A DNA stretch of 64,000 bases from Vicugna vicugna (taxonomy: Eukaryota). Within the stretch, counting starts at the first letter, position 1; every line of letters starts with the position of its first letter. The notes below the pieces were generated by a model. The model searched no databases, was not told where the DNA came from, and saw only the letters and a program-made list of their open reading frames with translations. The translations under genes were made by a program, and so were the position numbers. Location: contig MU058198.1 in assembly GCA_013265495.1 (NCBI GenBank), forward strand, positions 248,001 to 312,000, given 5' to 3'. Below, one piece after another: positions 1 to 14,628 of this stretch.

Positions 1-249
1 TTTGGCCCTACCCAGCTGGGTCAGCACTGGCCATCCCGAGTGCCCCTGCCATGCACAACTCAGGCTGTCCCACGTCACCTGCTGAACATGCATGTGGAAC
101 AGTCACCTGGTGGAGTGTCTGCCCAGCATTTCTGGCACCAGTGCCTTCTTTGTTCAGTGGCACTTGCTCAGGAAACTATTTCAATAATTCTCTGCATTTT
201 CCTCATCTCTGTTCAAAATCACTGGAGGATAGAAAGGCCCAAGGTGCTA

Positions 250-560
250 CTGCATGTAATAAGGAGCAGAGATCAAATGAACTTAATTCAATTCAACTGT
301 CATTTGAAAGAAAGATGGAAATTATTAGCTAAGCTGCAAGTATGAGAATCTTAAATTGTAATCAGATGCTCCAAGAACATAAAGACTGTGTGTTTAATTA
401 TAAAGGAAAAGAACAAAGTGACAAAGCATGAAAAAAATGGCAGAATTATAGAACTGGATTGTGTCTCCAAGACAAGATGTAATTAGAGATTTTATAATAC
501 TGTCTAGCTTTATGAGAACCGAACTTCATGCATAACAGATGAATGTGTTGTGCAAATTCA
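250..560 (+). mobile_element. Degenerate Tigger/pogo-like (TcMar) transposase 5' fossil
   Basis: Disrupted translation fragments LSFERKMEII and KTVCLIIKEKNKVTKH resemble the N-terminal HTH of Tigger/CENP-B-type transposases. Confidence 0.4.
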
Positions 561-1528
561 ACTCTTCTACGTGTTTTCGGGAAAGTGCTGTATGCCAAAG
601 TGGAAAACTACCTGTAGAAGATAGAATTCAAGACTTTTTTTTGAAACTAAAATTGAGGACCCCTTTGTGAATTTGTGATTTGTTGGCAACAGAACATATC
701 ACACTTGACTTCAAAAAACCCACAAATTAGCACAGAAGCCAGATGTGAAAAGAAGTCACTAAAGTGATGAAGAAAGTGCTCTGGGAGAGGTGGGTGGTGA
801 GTGCCGTCAGGTGCAGACTGGGAAGTCAGGGGTGATTTCGGTGGAGAAATGTTGTCACAGCTGAGTCTGGAGGGTGCATCTACCTGGAGGAGAAGACAGG
901 GATGGGAATTCCCAGCAGAGGGAACAGAATGTGCAAAGGTACGCAGGAGTAAATGGGCTGGACCGGACTGGAGAACTTTGAGATGGTCGGTGTGGCTGGG
1001 GCTCGGGAGGCACGGACGAACGCTGAAGGAGGCCCTGGTGGGTGGGCTATGGAATCCAACGGCTCAGGTGCAAATCCCAGCCCCACCACTTTATAACTGT
1101 GCCACTTAGCAAGTTACTTATCTTCTTGGAGTCTCAGGTTCTGTGTCTGTGAAATGAGGATACCTACCTGATATGGTTTGAGGGAGCTCTAATATGATGA
1201 TGCTTATGAACTCTTGGCAAATGAATGTCCATTTTTATGCCAAATATCATGTTCTTTATATGCGTATTATTTGAGTTGTATCATAGGGTCCAACCCCGGT
1301 GATACAGAGCAGGGCACAGCACCAGATCAGCACTTAGAAAGGTGACCTCCCAGCCTGCCGTTTGTTACCTTCCTAAATGTTTTGTCCTCTACTGCCAAGG
1401 CCAGTTTCATGACAAACTGGGCAAGAAAAAACTTAGCTTCAACTACCAAAGAGACACACCTGTGGGAAACACCATTCTCTAGGAAGGAGGTGCTTGGTTG
1501 GGCTACAGAGAATGGAGGAGTCCACTCA

Positions 1529-1813
<285 letters not shown>

Positions 1814-1849
1814 CTAAAATCTGCAAAATAATAAAAGTAATATATGTGT

Positions 1850-2002
1850 GGGGGAAGGGATAGCTCAGTGGTAGAGTGCATTGAAGCTCCTGGGTTCAAT
1901 CCCCAGTACCTCCATTAAACAAATAAACAAACCAACCTAATTACCCCCTCCCCAAGAAAGAACAAAAAGAACAAATAAAAACTAAAAAATAAAAAGCTAA
2001 AC
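1850..2002 (+). mobile_element. tRNA-derived SINE (Vic-1-like, camelid), internally deleted
   Basis: A box tagctcagtgg, B box ggttcaatccc, A-rich tail. TSD AAAAGTAA(T/C)ATATG at 1833-1846 and 2003-2016. Confidence 0.85.
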
Positions 2003-4377
2003 AAAAGTAACATATGCTCATTATAGAATCCTTGGAAAATATTACTATGTTGGTGTGTTTTCCTTCATGTCATGTTGAATGCAATGATCTTTTTAAAAAA
2101 CGCAAATGTGATTGTATTGACCGTACACACCTGACAGAATTCTGATTTCTAAAACTTAGAGTAGAAGCAGCTCTCCCCATGTCATTATAAATTTTTGTAA
2201 ACATTGTTTCAAATAGCTGTTGAACACTCCCTTGAGTGGCCCCCCCTAGAGTTCATTTAAGCTTTCCCCTATTCAGGGATAATTAGATTGCTTCCTCTTT
2301 TTAAAAAACAATTACAAAAAAATGCTGAGATGAACAGCTTTGTACAGAAAGCTTTTTACAGCATTTCTGATGATTTTCTGGGGAGAGATTTTTTTTTGTT
2401 TTTAAGGCTTTGATACAATTTGCCAAATTGCCTCCTGAAAGCAATTTGTACTCCCACGGTAATGTCTGAGAGTGGCCATCTCATGGCGCCCCTGCCCACG
2501 CCGAGTGTTATCACTTTAATGGTAATCTTTGCAAATTTTATAAGCAAAAAAAAAAAAAGTATCTTATTTCAATCTGCAGTTCTCGGCTCTCTGGTGAAGG
2601 CGGATATTTCCCCACATGTTTATTGACAAACTGCAGCCAAGATGATTTCTATCTTTTGCCCATGGAACTACTGGGGTTCAGGATTTGTTCTTAACTCTGA
2701 AAAGGAACAAACAAAATCTCACGTTTAAGACACTAAAGTTCTTCAAAGCCTCAGCCCCTCTGGAAGCCTCTCAGCATATACTTTTTTTTGGAAACCGTGA
2801 TTGAACATGGCTGACTGGGGAAGGAAGGTGAGCTGAGAACCTGCCTGGAACTCAGCAGGTTTGAGGTGGCTCATCTGCAAGGGCAGGCACTGGGCAGTGG
2901 TGACACTTGTTAGACTGGGGTCCAGAAGCCCGGGTCCCCAGCTCTGCACCAGGCATGCCACATGATGCTGGCACATTCCTTCCCTGCTCAACTGTCAGAC
3001 TGGCTGATCTTTGCGGTCCCTTTTGCGGCGCAGTGGTGTGGAATCTTTGCTTTCAAAGCCACTCTAAGAGCTGGCTGAGCTCATGAATAAGAAAGTAGTG
3101 GATTGCCTTTATTGAGCATTTGTGATGTGCCAAGCACATAGAGGGAAACTGAGGCTTAGACAGGTTAAATGACTTGCTCAAGATGATCTGGCTGGTAAGT
3201 GGCAGAGTAGAGATTTGAACCCAGGCCTTCTGACACCAAAATCTTTGATCTTAAAATCCATAGGATGCTTCTTCACAGGAAACCAATGGAATTGAGAACG
3301 GTTAATCATGTTTTAGCGTCTACTTCATTTGGTTGCCAGGCCGACTAATTGGGTCAAATAAATTCCTGAGTGCATGCCCTATATGGATTGCTCCCTAATA
3401 GTATGATTATTAATGATTAGCTCAGGGTTTCATAACCAAGGTTGATGAGCTTTGGAGGTCCAGTAAATCCTTTGAAATTAAATGCAAAATAAAAAATTTC
3501 TCTTTGTATATGTACGCATGCGTGCACCTCTGAATTTTTCAGGGGGAAGGAAATGGATTGTTGCTTTTTAATCAACAGAGCTATGCTAAGCAAGCAGCTT
3601 CCAACCACGCTATCTGTCTCTGATGAGAACCACTGGACTTCCCTATTTGACCGGAACCAGCTCTTCCCCCACCCTAGGCAGCTGCGCTGGTCGGTCCTGG
3701 CTTGTCCCACCCCTCCCTGTCAGTCCTGGCCAACTGCCTTTCAATGCATGTCAGTATCCAAACTGGAGCCACCTGGTTCAGAATTTGCTTTTACCCCTCC
3801 CCTATATGGCAAAGGGAGGTAACTCTGTTTAAGGAGTTAGGTGGGCTCAGTATCTCTGGCCCATCCCTGCCCCTCTCTGGACCTGGGTCTCCTCCTTTCT
3901 GAATTGAGTGCACTGGTAGGAGGGCATTGCCTCGATGCTGAGACGGCTGAAGGACCCCTTATAATACAGGTGTTGCTGACTCTCTGTGGGGACTTTTGCC
4001 AGTGCCTTCTATACAGAGAGACTCAGCTGAATCACTCCCTGGGGTTTGCTTTTGGAGCAGTTCCCCCTTTGCATGCATGAGAAGCAGCAAATCATTTCCA
4101 TCTGTTTTCCACCCATCACTGTAACCAAGGATGTACACTAGTGAGAACGTGGCCACATCTGTCCAGGAGTTGGCTAGACTAGTTGTTCCAAGAGTGTATC
4201 TCCTGGTGCTAGACCACTTCCCCTATTCCCATCCACCCTATTTAATTATTTTGCAGCCTAAATATTCATATTAGAGATGGAAGTGGAGTATCAAACCATC
4301 CCAGTGTGCCCAGGACTGTCTCAGTTCTAAAACTGAAAGTCCCACATCATAGTTCCACTTAGTTGATCATCCTGGAG

Positions 4378-4585
4378 CAGGGCTTCTCAACCAGGGGTGA
4401 TTTTGATTCCAAGGGGACACTGGACAATGCCTAGAGACATTCTTTGTTCTCAAAAATATAGGTGCTGGTGCGATTGGCATCCAACAGGCAGAGGCCAGAA
4501 AAGCTGCTAAACATCCTACCATGACCAGGACAGCGCCCACAACAAAGGGTTTTCTAACCCAAGATGTCAATAGAATCCCTGCCCT
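4378..4585 (+). mobile_element. MER20 (hAT-Charlie)
   Basis: Reads ttctcaaccaggggtgattttg...gctgctaaacatcctac...gatgtcaatag. Confidence 0.8.
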
Positions 4586-5854
4586 AGATGGAAGCAGAAC
4601 TCCAAAAAATGTAAAATAACCCGCAGTACAGCAACACAAAACATCACAGCAAATATCCACACTTCTCAGCCTACCTGTAGTCTCGTTAACAAAAGTTAAG
4701 CCACACACTGATGAAAAGTAGAGTTTTGGTTATTTCTCTCATTTTTAGAGTTAAAATGTATTATTACTACCATAAATCCGCAGCTTAAAAGCACCTGGGC
4801 ATTATTGCTAGAACACTGTGTTTAAATTTAACGGTACAGACTTCACCAAAGGATGCTGCAGACAGGAAGTCTTGCTTTTCTTCCCTGAGTTTGGGATGAA
4901 GAGGACAAATCTTGTCATCTCTTCGACAAAGGGAGGATTCCCTTCCTCCCCACCCGGTGTATCCTTTCCCAAAACGTGGGATTCTGCAGGGGTCTCTGCT
5001 CTATGACAGGGTGTCAGTCTCAGGTCCCTGCTTCAAATTGCTCTCACGTCACTTCCTACCCCGCGTGCACGTGAAGCCAGAGCGTCTATTAGGGAGACGG
5101 ACAGCGCACCCAGGACTCTGCCGCGCATGCGCCTGCTGTTTTAGTTTCGATCTCTTTGTTTCTGGGCCCTGGGGGCCCTTCTCACTGTCTTGGAAGCGCA
5201 GCTTGACTTTCAAAGGATGTTTGTGAAAGTTTGTCTGCATTTCTGGATGTCTATAGTGGAGACATTTTCTGTTCTCTGATTTACTATAAGGTCTGATCTG
5301 GAAATATACACCCTCTTTGTCCTCTGTCTTTTTCTCTTCCTTCACTTGAAAGAAAACATACATTTTTATTTTGGAAAAAATTTAAATTCACACAAAAGCT
5401 GCAAAAATATTATAGAGTCCCTGAATACCCTTCACCCAGTTTCCCCCAATGTCACCATCTTACATTTCCATGGTACACTTGTCACAACTAAGAAATTAAT
5501 ATGGGGACATACTCTTCCGTAAACTACAGGCTTTGTTCAGATTTTATGGTTTTTTTTTCTTTTTCTGTTCCCAGATCCAACCTAGGACCCATTACATTTC
5601 CAATACTTTTGTGTTTTATTTGATATCAAATATTACAGGGTAGCTGTCTAGACTAAAGCAACTTTCTTTTCTCAGGGAAATGCACAGAGATGTGTATACA
5701 CACACACAATACACATACGTTTAATTAGACAAACCTGACAAGAATTGGCTGGAATGGCCAGGATTGTCTAGCAGTGTTGGATATTTGCCCCAAATCACCT
5801 TTACCTCTGCTCTTTTTAAGTCTTGTCTATTCCATCTCCTAGCACCTCTCCAAT

Positions 5855-5976
5855 TCCTTTCTCTTTCTTTCCTTCTTTCTCTTCTTCCTCCCTCTCTCTT
5901 TCCATTTCTCTCTCTCTTTGTCTCTCTCTCTGTCTCTGTCCCTGTCTCTCTCTGTCCCTTCTCTTTCTTTTCCTTC
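5855..5976 (+). repeat. CT-rich low-complexity tract
   Basis: Directly visible. It generates the spurious E/R/K-rich ORFs at 5721-6135. Confidence 0.9.
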
Positions 5977-7164
5977 AACATTCTTCCTGCCCCTGTCATC
6001 TTTCACAAAGACCTTGTCAACTGCCTCTTGGCTGTTTTTCATGCCTCATGTCACCTCCAAATCCAGAGGGATCCTTCTAACACCCTGATCTCATCTCTCA
6101 GAAGCCCTCCAGGCATCCGCTTTACCCTGGGGTAAGAGGCTCTTCCTGCTTCTGCCACTTATCCCCCGTCACTCACAACATGCTGCAGATTTGCTCCAAC
6201 TCTTGTGGTCTCTCAAACGTGTGTCCAGGTCTTCCCTGCCGATCTTTAGCCAATTTGTCTTTCCTCTTTGAGTCTCAGCCGCATGGAGGCTTCTTTAGAG
6301 AACACGAGGTAGGAGCCTCTCTAAGAGATCCAGGAGCCCTCAAATCCACCATTTACACATCCCAGTAAATTCTTGTTCAGTCTGGCCTCCCCTTGGTCAA
6401 TGTCTGCTGCGACCATCCCTCTCCCCAGTGCTTGGCACATAGTAGGTGCGCAATAACTAGTTTTGAATGACTAAGCACATGCTAAGGAATCAAACACTTT
6501 GGGTTTCTTTGGGTCAGTTGCCCCTTTGGGAGACAGCACCGAGAAAGGTGTGTGCACCACCCATGTGTCGTGATGCCTCCAAACTGGTGTCTCTTGACTC
6601 TAACATGGTGCGCCTGGACTTTTCTGAGCACTGAAGGCGGTTGACTGAGCCTGGTTTTCCAGATTATTTAGCACAATGACCGATGTGAAGAGCAGCATCA
6701 GCATCACTAGGGAGCTCGTTAGCAATGCAGCGTCTCAGCCCCCACCCTCCCGCCCTCCTCCGCACCCCTGGTTCCTTTGATTTTCTCCACTGAGCAGTGG
6801 TGGTTATGGATGCCTGGGGTGAAGCATACCAGAAAATGGGGCTGTGACAGGTCACTGCTCAATTACTCCCCTTTCCACCTGGGCAGGCAAAGGCCTTTAA
6901 TTGGGCGGACCTGGGAGGCAAAAAGGAGCCTCTCGTTTGCACTGGGATGATTGTGAACTCCACCCTGCCTGCTGTCTCCTCACCTCCTTTACCTCTGGGA
7001 TTTTAGAAACTGGGATTAGAAGGATCCCTGAGGCCTTTCATCAACTTGGACTCCAAAGTAGCCCTTGCTCATCTGTGTCTTGTGAAGGGATTTCTGTAGC
7101 TTTATGCCTTGATAGCCAAGGAGTGATGGCAACATATCAACCAGGGCCAACCCTACTGAGCTTC

Positions 7165-7365
7165 CATCTGAGTCAGGCACTGTGTCAGGTGCTTTGTACA
7201 CATCAATTCATTTAGTCTTCACACTTCCTATGAGGTAGGTACCATGATCACCGCCATTTCACAGATGAAGAGACCAAAGCACAGAGAGGTTGAGTAATTC
7301 GCCCAAGGTCACACAGCCTCTAAGTGGCAGAGCTGGATTTTGCAGCCAGGCTGTATGGCTCCAGA
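7165..7365 (-). mobile_element. MIR SINE (representative; many more, e.g. ~1040, 3110, 11170, 19100, 36960, 46750, 47840, 62460, 63500)
   Basis: MIR core cagatgaagagaccaaagcacagagaggttgagtaattcgcccaaggtcacacagc. Confidence 0.85.
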
Positions 7366-8991
7366 TCTAATTTGGAGATTCCTGCTGCAATTAAGCCCAT
7401 TTCCTTTTGTCTCAGTCTTAATAGTCTGGTCCTTCTTCATTCCCTTCTTCATTCAACAAGTCTTATTTGAGCAACTACTTGGTCTCAGGTAGTTGGCTGT
7501 ATGCTGGAGATACTGTGGCAAACTAGGCAGAGGTGACCTCTGACTTCATGGACTTTACCGTCTATGGAGACTGACATTAAAAAAAATAAGCACAGAAATA
7601 AAAATGTGCTTAATATGCAATTAATATGGACTTGTGTCATTCAGGCAAAACCTTGAGAGAGCAACTCCCAAATTATTTTAGAAACTGGCCATTTGTTTGC
7701 CCCTTTTTTCCCCTCAGTTGAATTGGTGGCCACCCCAACCTTGCCTTCAGGATGCCCACTGGTGATTACAACAGAACACCAGATTTCCCTTCCGGATGGG
7801 GAAGATACAGGGTGTTGCCACAGGAGCACCTAAAAGTGGTGCTCCTAGATTTGGAGATCTAGGATGCTTTCTGGAGGAGGTGATGTGAGACCCCTACTGA
7901 GACCTGAAAGATGAAGAAGACAGAAAAAGACTTCCACGTGGTGGGCACAGCATGTGCAAAGGCCCAGAGGTATGAGAGAGAAGGAGCATTTGGAGAATTG
8001 CAGTTGGTTCAGCCCGGCTTGGAATCTGAGAGAGGGATGAGGCTGCAGGTGTTGGGGAGGGGGTGGAAGGGGTACACAGAGGAGCCTGTTGCTCTGGAAA
8101 CCAGGAGGCCAAACTACATGGTCTTTTACTTCAATTAGCAGCACCAAAGGCCCCCAAGGTCTCCCAGCTGGGGTGGAAGTCAAAGCCTTTGGAAGCTCTG
8201 AGCTTGTTAAGGAAAGAGGACACACCAGCAGAGTTCAGGGCTCATTTTTTCCCCTCTCTCTTTTTAAAAGCATAAATTTTCACCTTCCCACACAATCTGG
8301 CTGCTCGTTCCCCTGGCCCCAATCCAGCCGCCCACAAACGCATTACCCTGTTGCCTGCTGCCCAGATCAGCCTTGGGAGACAGCCGGGAGAGGAGGGGGA
8401 GGCTCTGGGGGCCACATCTGCCCCCACCCTATGCCACTACTTGGCCCCAGATGTCCCAGGGGGTTGGGAGGAAGTGTCTCCCAGCATCTGGGAAGGTGGC
8501 CATCAGGAAGGCTCAGTCACCTTCATCGCCTTTGCTTCCCACTGCCTCCTGGTCCGCACATCCCACTCCCAGACCGCCCTCCTCCCCAGTGAGCCCTGGC
8601 TCCGGTGTGCAGAGCTGGCGGACCAGGCTTCTCGTGCCTGAGCGTCGCTTTCCCTTCTCCAGGCTGCTCTCATGGTCGCACTATACAAAGCAGACAGCAG
8701 TGGGTGATTTCTTACATTGCTTGTAACAGCAGCCATTCATTGCATGGTTGGTATAGCTGTCAAAACCAAACTAGGAGGGGGTATCTGTATCATCCCCATT
8801 TTATAGATGCAGAAACTGAGGCTCAAAGAGGTTATCTCTTGCTCTCACAACTGTTGAGTGGCAGTGTCAGGATGAGACTCGGGTCTGATAAACTTAGAAA
8901 TTCCTAAGCACTACAGTGCCTCTAGAAAACATCTTTTCCTGGTCTTGGTTTTCTTACTTGTAAGACAAATATGTTAAACACCAAATTTAAC

Positions 8992-9352
8992 TGTTACAGA
9001 CTGAATATTTGTGTCTCTCCCCCCAAATCCATATGTTGAAGCCCAACCTCCCCCAGCGTGATAGCACTTGGAGGTGGGGCTTTGGGAGGAAATTAGGGTT
9101 AGATGATGTCATGAGGGTGGACCCCCATGATGGGGTTAGTGCCCTTATGAAGGGAGCAGAGACCAGAGTGCTCTCTCTCTCTCTCTCCATGGCTGTCTGA
9201 AAGCTAGGAAAAGAGCTCTCACCAGGATCTGAGTTGGTCAACACCTTAATCTTGGCATTCCCAGGCTTTAGAACTGTGGGAAATAAATTTCTGTGGTTTA
9301 AGCCTCCCACTCTATGGTATTTTGTTATAGCAGCTAGAGCTGACTAAGACCA
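8992..9352 (+). mobile_element. MaLR LTR (MLT1A-like)
   Basis: Reads tgttacagactgaat...gaggtggggctttgggagg...aataaatttctgtggtttaagcc...gactaagac. Confidence 0.85.
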
Positions 9353-10097
9353 ACATAACTAAGCAAGTAATACAGTGTTTCCTGGGTGCCTATTTGGCTT
9401 GAGGTCTGTGCCCTCAAGTTGCTCACAGTCTGGAGGGAAGAATACGTAACATACCTGGCAATGAGTCCTCATATACTAAGAGACATTCTGGAAGCATGTA
9501 GCTGGCTCTGTGACCATAGAGGAGGGGGTGGGGATTGGGCTAGAGTGTCCATGGTGGGGCACTCTAGGATCTGACTCTATGACCAGACTGGGGAGGTGTG
9601 TGGAGGGGTGGGGGCGGAGAGCAGTGTACTCCAGGAAGTAGAGGCACCCAGTTGCCCAAGCCTCCGTGCCCCAGCTTCAGAGCATGCTCTCTGGAGTTAG
9701 ATGACTCCTGTTAGAAACTCAGCTCTTTGTGCCTCAGTTTCCTCATCTCTAACAAAAGCACCGTTTTCAGATCTTCCCAGGGTGCCTGGCGCTGTGTGAA
9801 GCACTTTCCCCACGTTATCTCATCTCCCTTCACAGTAGCCCCAAAGGATGCCATTGTGACCACCTTTTTCCAAAGAGAGCTCCGGCTCAGAGAAACCTGT
9901 GCCAGGCCACACAGCTTTTAAGATGCAAAGTTGGGGTTTAAAACCAGGACTCTTCGAGTCTGGCCCTAGAACAATGCGCATGAGCTGGAGGGAGAGGAGT
10001 TGGGGCGGCTGTCAGGAGGTTCAGCTTGCCCCGCCCCCCACACTCCTGGGGTCAGACAGGCCTGCAGCCCAGGCAGCCAGGCCTCACTGACAACTCA

Positions 10098-11050
<953 letters not shown>

Positions 11051-12149
11051 AGCAAACGTTATCATCAGTGTACAGTTCTAGCATGCGGTTTGTTCAGACT
11101 TCAAATAAATGATTTAAATTCCATAGGTGTTTCATTGGACTCTCATTGTATTTATGAATGAATCTCTAAAAATCGGAGTCTTCTCTCCCCAGTTCATGTA
11201 TCCTCAAACAAGTCACTCTGCTTCTCTGAGCCTCAGGGTCCTCCTCCATAAAATAGGGGCTAACGACAGTACCTACTCACAAAGATGAAATGTAATAATT
11301 TGTCCCTGACAGCATAGAAGCTGGCAAGTAGTAGGTGTTTAATACATGATGGCAAATTTTGCTGTGATGATCAACGATCCAGTGCAAGCCTTTTCCTGGC
11401 TTTCCCTGCACACTTTCCACTTCCTTTCCCCAAATGCTCAGCCAGGTGCCCTGACACTTTGTGTGGCTGGCATTCACCGGGCTTGAACGTGTCCCAGTCA
11501 CTCGCTTTCTCTCTGGAACAGCCGGTGCCGTGCCTTCGCGGAGTGACTTAACTCGTGCCCACACAGCGGGCTTTGCCTGCCTGCTTGGGGCTGAAAGGCT
11601 GCCAATGCCTGACTCAGGCTACGAGCACAGCCCAGGCCCAGTTTCAGCCTGCAGCACGCCTACTGTCTACCCCTTGTCTCAAAGCTTTCTGCTGGTGCCC
11701 CCCCCCTCCAGTGCACGCACATTTAGTTATGAATGACAAACGTTTATTATATAAGTGATGTGCACGCATAACTTACTGTACTAATATGTAATGTGTTATA
11801 AGACAGCCCTCCCCCAAATTGACTTTTTTAAAAAGTTGATACAAAATATAAATATGGAAGAAAGTTTGGAGGCTTTCTCCCCACTCCCCATCATCTGATA
11901 CACTGGCGCTCCTTTGGAGGCACCTGCTGTCATGGAAATCAAACACCCTCTGGGTGAACGTACCAGCTGGAGAAGGAGGTTGTCAGACACAGGCCACTGG
12001 AAAGCTTTTTGGAAGATGGAGGATCCTTTGATTTGACAAATAAACATCCCAAATGATCTGTGTTGCGAGTGTAATATGTGGTGGCTGGAGGTTTTGCTCA
12101 GTTGGTTCATTCCCCTTTCTGGATGAAAACATATGATATATTTGTTACA

Positions 12150-12318
12150 CGCTCAGTCCCAGGTGTGTGGTCCGTGGACCCGGAGCATCAGCATCTCCTC
12201 GGGAGCTCGTTAGAAAGGCAGCATCTCAGGCCCCTCCCAGATCCGCCGAATCAGAATCTGCATTTTGACTAGATTCTTCAGGGGGACATACGTACATTAA
12301 TATCATGAAGTGTTGCTC
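12150..12318 (+). mobile_element. MER5A (similar MER5 fragments at ~26575-26680, ~35970-36110 and ~39905-40055)
   Basis: Reads gtgtggtccgtggacc...cagcatc...tctcaggcccctcccaga...gaatcagaatctgcatttt. Confidence 0.8.
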
Positions 12319-12322
12319 TAGA

Positions 12323-12798
12323 CAGGGGTAGGCAAACTTTTTTTTAAATGCTATTTTTAAAGAAAAATTTTATGTATTTAAGGGGTACAACATGATGATT
12401 TTATATATATATATATATATATCACAATGACACTATAGTCAAACTAATCAACATACTATCTCCTCACAGGGTCACCTTTCTTGTGTGCTAAGAGCACCTG
12501 CTGTCCACTATCTTAGCAAATGTCCAGCATTCAGTGCACTATTATTAACTATAATCACCATGCTGTACCTTAGATCTCTACCCTTCCTCATCCCACATAA
12601 CGGCAACTTAATTTTTTTCTGTAAAGAGCCAGATAATAAGAATTTTAGACTTTGCAGGCCACGTGGTTTCTGTCATAACTACTCAACTCTGCCAAAGACT
12701 TCAAGAATGGGCCTGGCTGGCTTCCAATAAAACTTTATTTACAAAAACAAGCAGTGGGCTGGATTTGGCCTATGTGCCCTAGTTTGCCATACCTTGCT
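12323..12798 (+). mobile_element. MER58A interrupted by an antisense L1MA fragment (~12350-12608)
   Basis: caggggtaggcaaactttt resumes as ttctgtaaagagccagata...ccaataaaactttatttacaaaaaca...tagtttgcc. Confidence 0.75.
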
Positions 12799-14239
12799 CT
12801 AGCCCTCAGGTTTACTGGCCAGAAAGTAGACAGTGTATTCACCTAACAGATATGGTCTTTGCTGTCATTGGAGGCATTAGAGATCTCTTTGTAACACTAT
12901 CCTGTGTATATTTTCTGGCTTTCTTAAAGATTTTACCTTCTTGCCTCCATGTACACACATTCACACCTATCATCTGCCCATCTGTCTATCTACTTATCAT
13001 CTCCTTTAGTTTCTTAGCTTTTTTAAAAATTGTCATTTACTTACCAGTAAGTAAAACAAAGTTCCCTGCCTCTCACCACCATTATCAAAGGGACAGTAGA
13101 GGCTAATTCATTTCATGCCTTTCAATTCAAACACATCCATGTTCAAATTCCAGACTCGCTGCCAGAATTTTAATCCCTCTGATTATTTAATTCCTCTTAG
13201 CCTCAGTTTCCTCATCTGAAAAATGGGAACAAATCAATAATTCCCTCATACAAAACAGTGCCTGACACATAAGGGGTCAACATATATTAACGACCCTTAG
13301 ATCACTATGGAACCTTCAAAAATGCTGAATAGGAAGTTGTAAAATTGAGTAGCAAAACAATTTCCCAAAAGATAACCCCTGCAACCTTTAGGGCAATATC
13401 TTCCAGTCTTTCTTCTAGGCATAAGTTTTAAATTTTTATTTAGTGGTGCTCATTCCTGAATTATTTTTAAATGGTATTTTAGAATATGATAAAAGGAAAG
13501 GCATCCCACTGGCAGTGGAAGGCAGGCCACCCAGAAGAGAAAGGAATTCTTCCTGATTCCCTGCAGTGATTCCCAGCTTTCTGAGAGTGAAATATCAGTG
13601 CCCAAAATAGCTCTTCCTGGCGCCCTGGGACCTGTCACATCTGTGCAGGGCTGGGCAGAGGTCATAGTCTTTGTCAAGTCCCAGGGGGTGGACTGGAGTC
13701 CTGAAGGGTTCTGGAGTCCCCGGGATAAGAGGACACAGGAGGGGCCCTGGGAAAATAGATGCAGATTGAAAACTTTACACCAAGGCTGCTACCCAACCTC
13801 CTTCCTTTGAACTCAGGTCCCTGCATCTCAAAGAGGGTGTGTAGGTGGTCCGTGCATCTCCTTATCCACTTCCTAGTTGAGGAGGTGGAGGATGCTAATT
13901 AAGCTGGGTAGGTAGCCCACACAGGGCACCTGGGGGCCCAGGTTTCTATAGAAACCAAGTCATTCCTCCACCTTTCAATGTATTTCCCTCACCTCCTGAC
14001 AAGCTATCCTTGGACACGGGGACGGCTCTGACATCTGTGCATCTGCTACTCCCTCTCGTCAGCCAGCAATCATGGCCTGATGTGTGCCCAGTAGGAATAA
14101 CTATCAAGTGCTGTGTGTTAAGATTTTGCAGGCAGTAGCCCAGCGAATCCTCACATCACCTACGACCATACGCAGGGTAAGAACTGTCATCCTGCTTTCA
14201 GATGAGACAGCCCAGCAGAGCCGTCAGCCACACCAGCTC

Positions 14240-14628
14240 TGAGTAAGCGTGTGAGGGCTGCTGTAAGCAAGGACCACAGCCTGGGGGCTTAATGACAGCT
14301 TCATTACCTCCCAGTTCTGGAGGCGGGGAGCCCGAAATCGAGGTGTTGGCCGAGTTGGCTCCTTCCGAGGGCTGTGAGGGAAGGATCCCTCCGTGGCCTG
14401 GGTCTGCACGCCTCTCTCCTGGGCTTTCGGGTTCCCTCTGTGCACGTCTGTCTCTGTGCCCTCATTTCCCCTTTTATAAGGACCAGCCTTATCGGATTAG
14501 GGTGCCCCTAATGACTTCATTTAACCTTAATTATTTCTAAGGACCATGTCTCCACATAGTCACATGCTGAGGCGCTGGGTTAAGGCTTTCAGACGTAAAT
14601 TTGGGGGAGACCAGATTCAGCCCACACC
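14240..14628 (-). mobile_element. MaLR LTR (MLT1-type) inserted in a MIR
   Basis: Reads agttctggaggc...ccttttataaggac...taatgacttcatttaaccttaatta, with MIR-like flanks. Confidence 0.75.

Noticed and set aside
5090..5112. REST/RE1 site (GGACAGCGC)
   Set aside because: Only the right half-site is present and the TTCAGCACC half is missing. A similar half-site at ~4528 is ordinary MER20 sequence.
5721..6135. E/R/K-rich and S/L/F-rich ORFs
   Set aside because: Translations of a CT-rich low-complexity tract.
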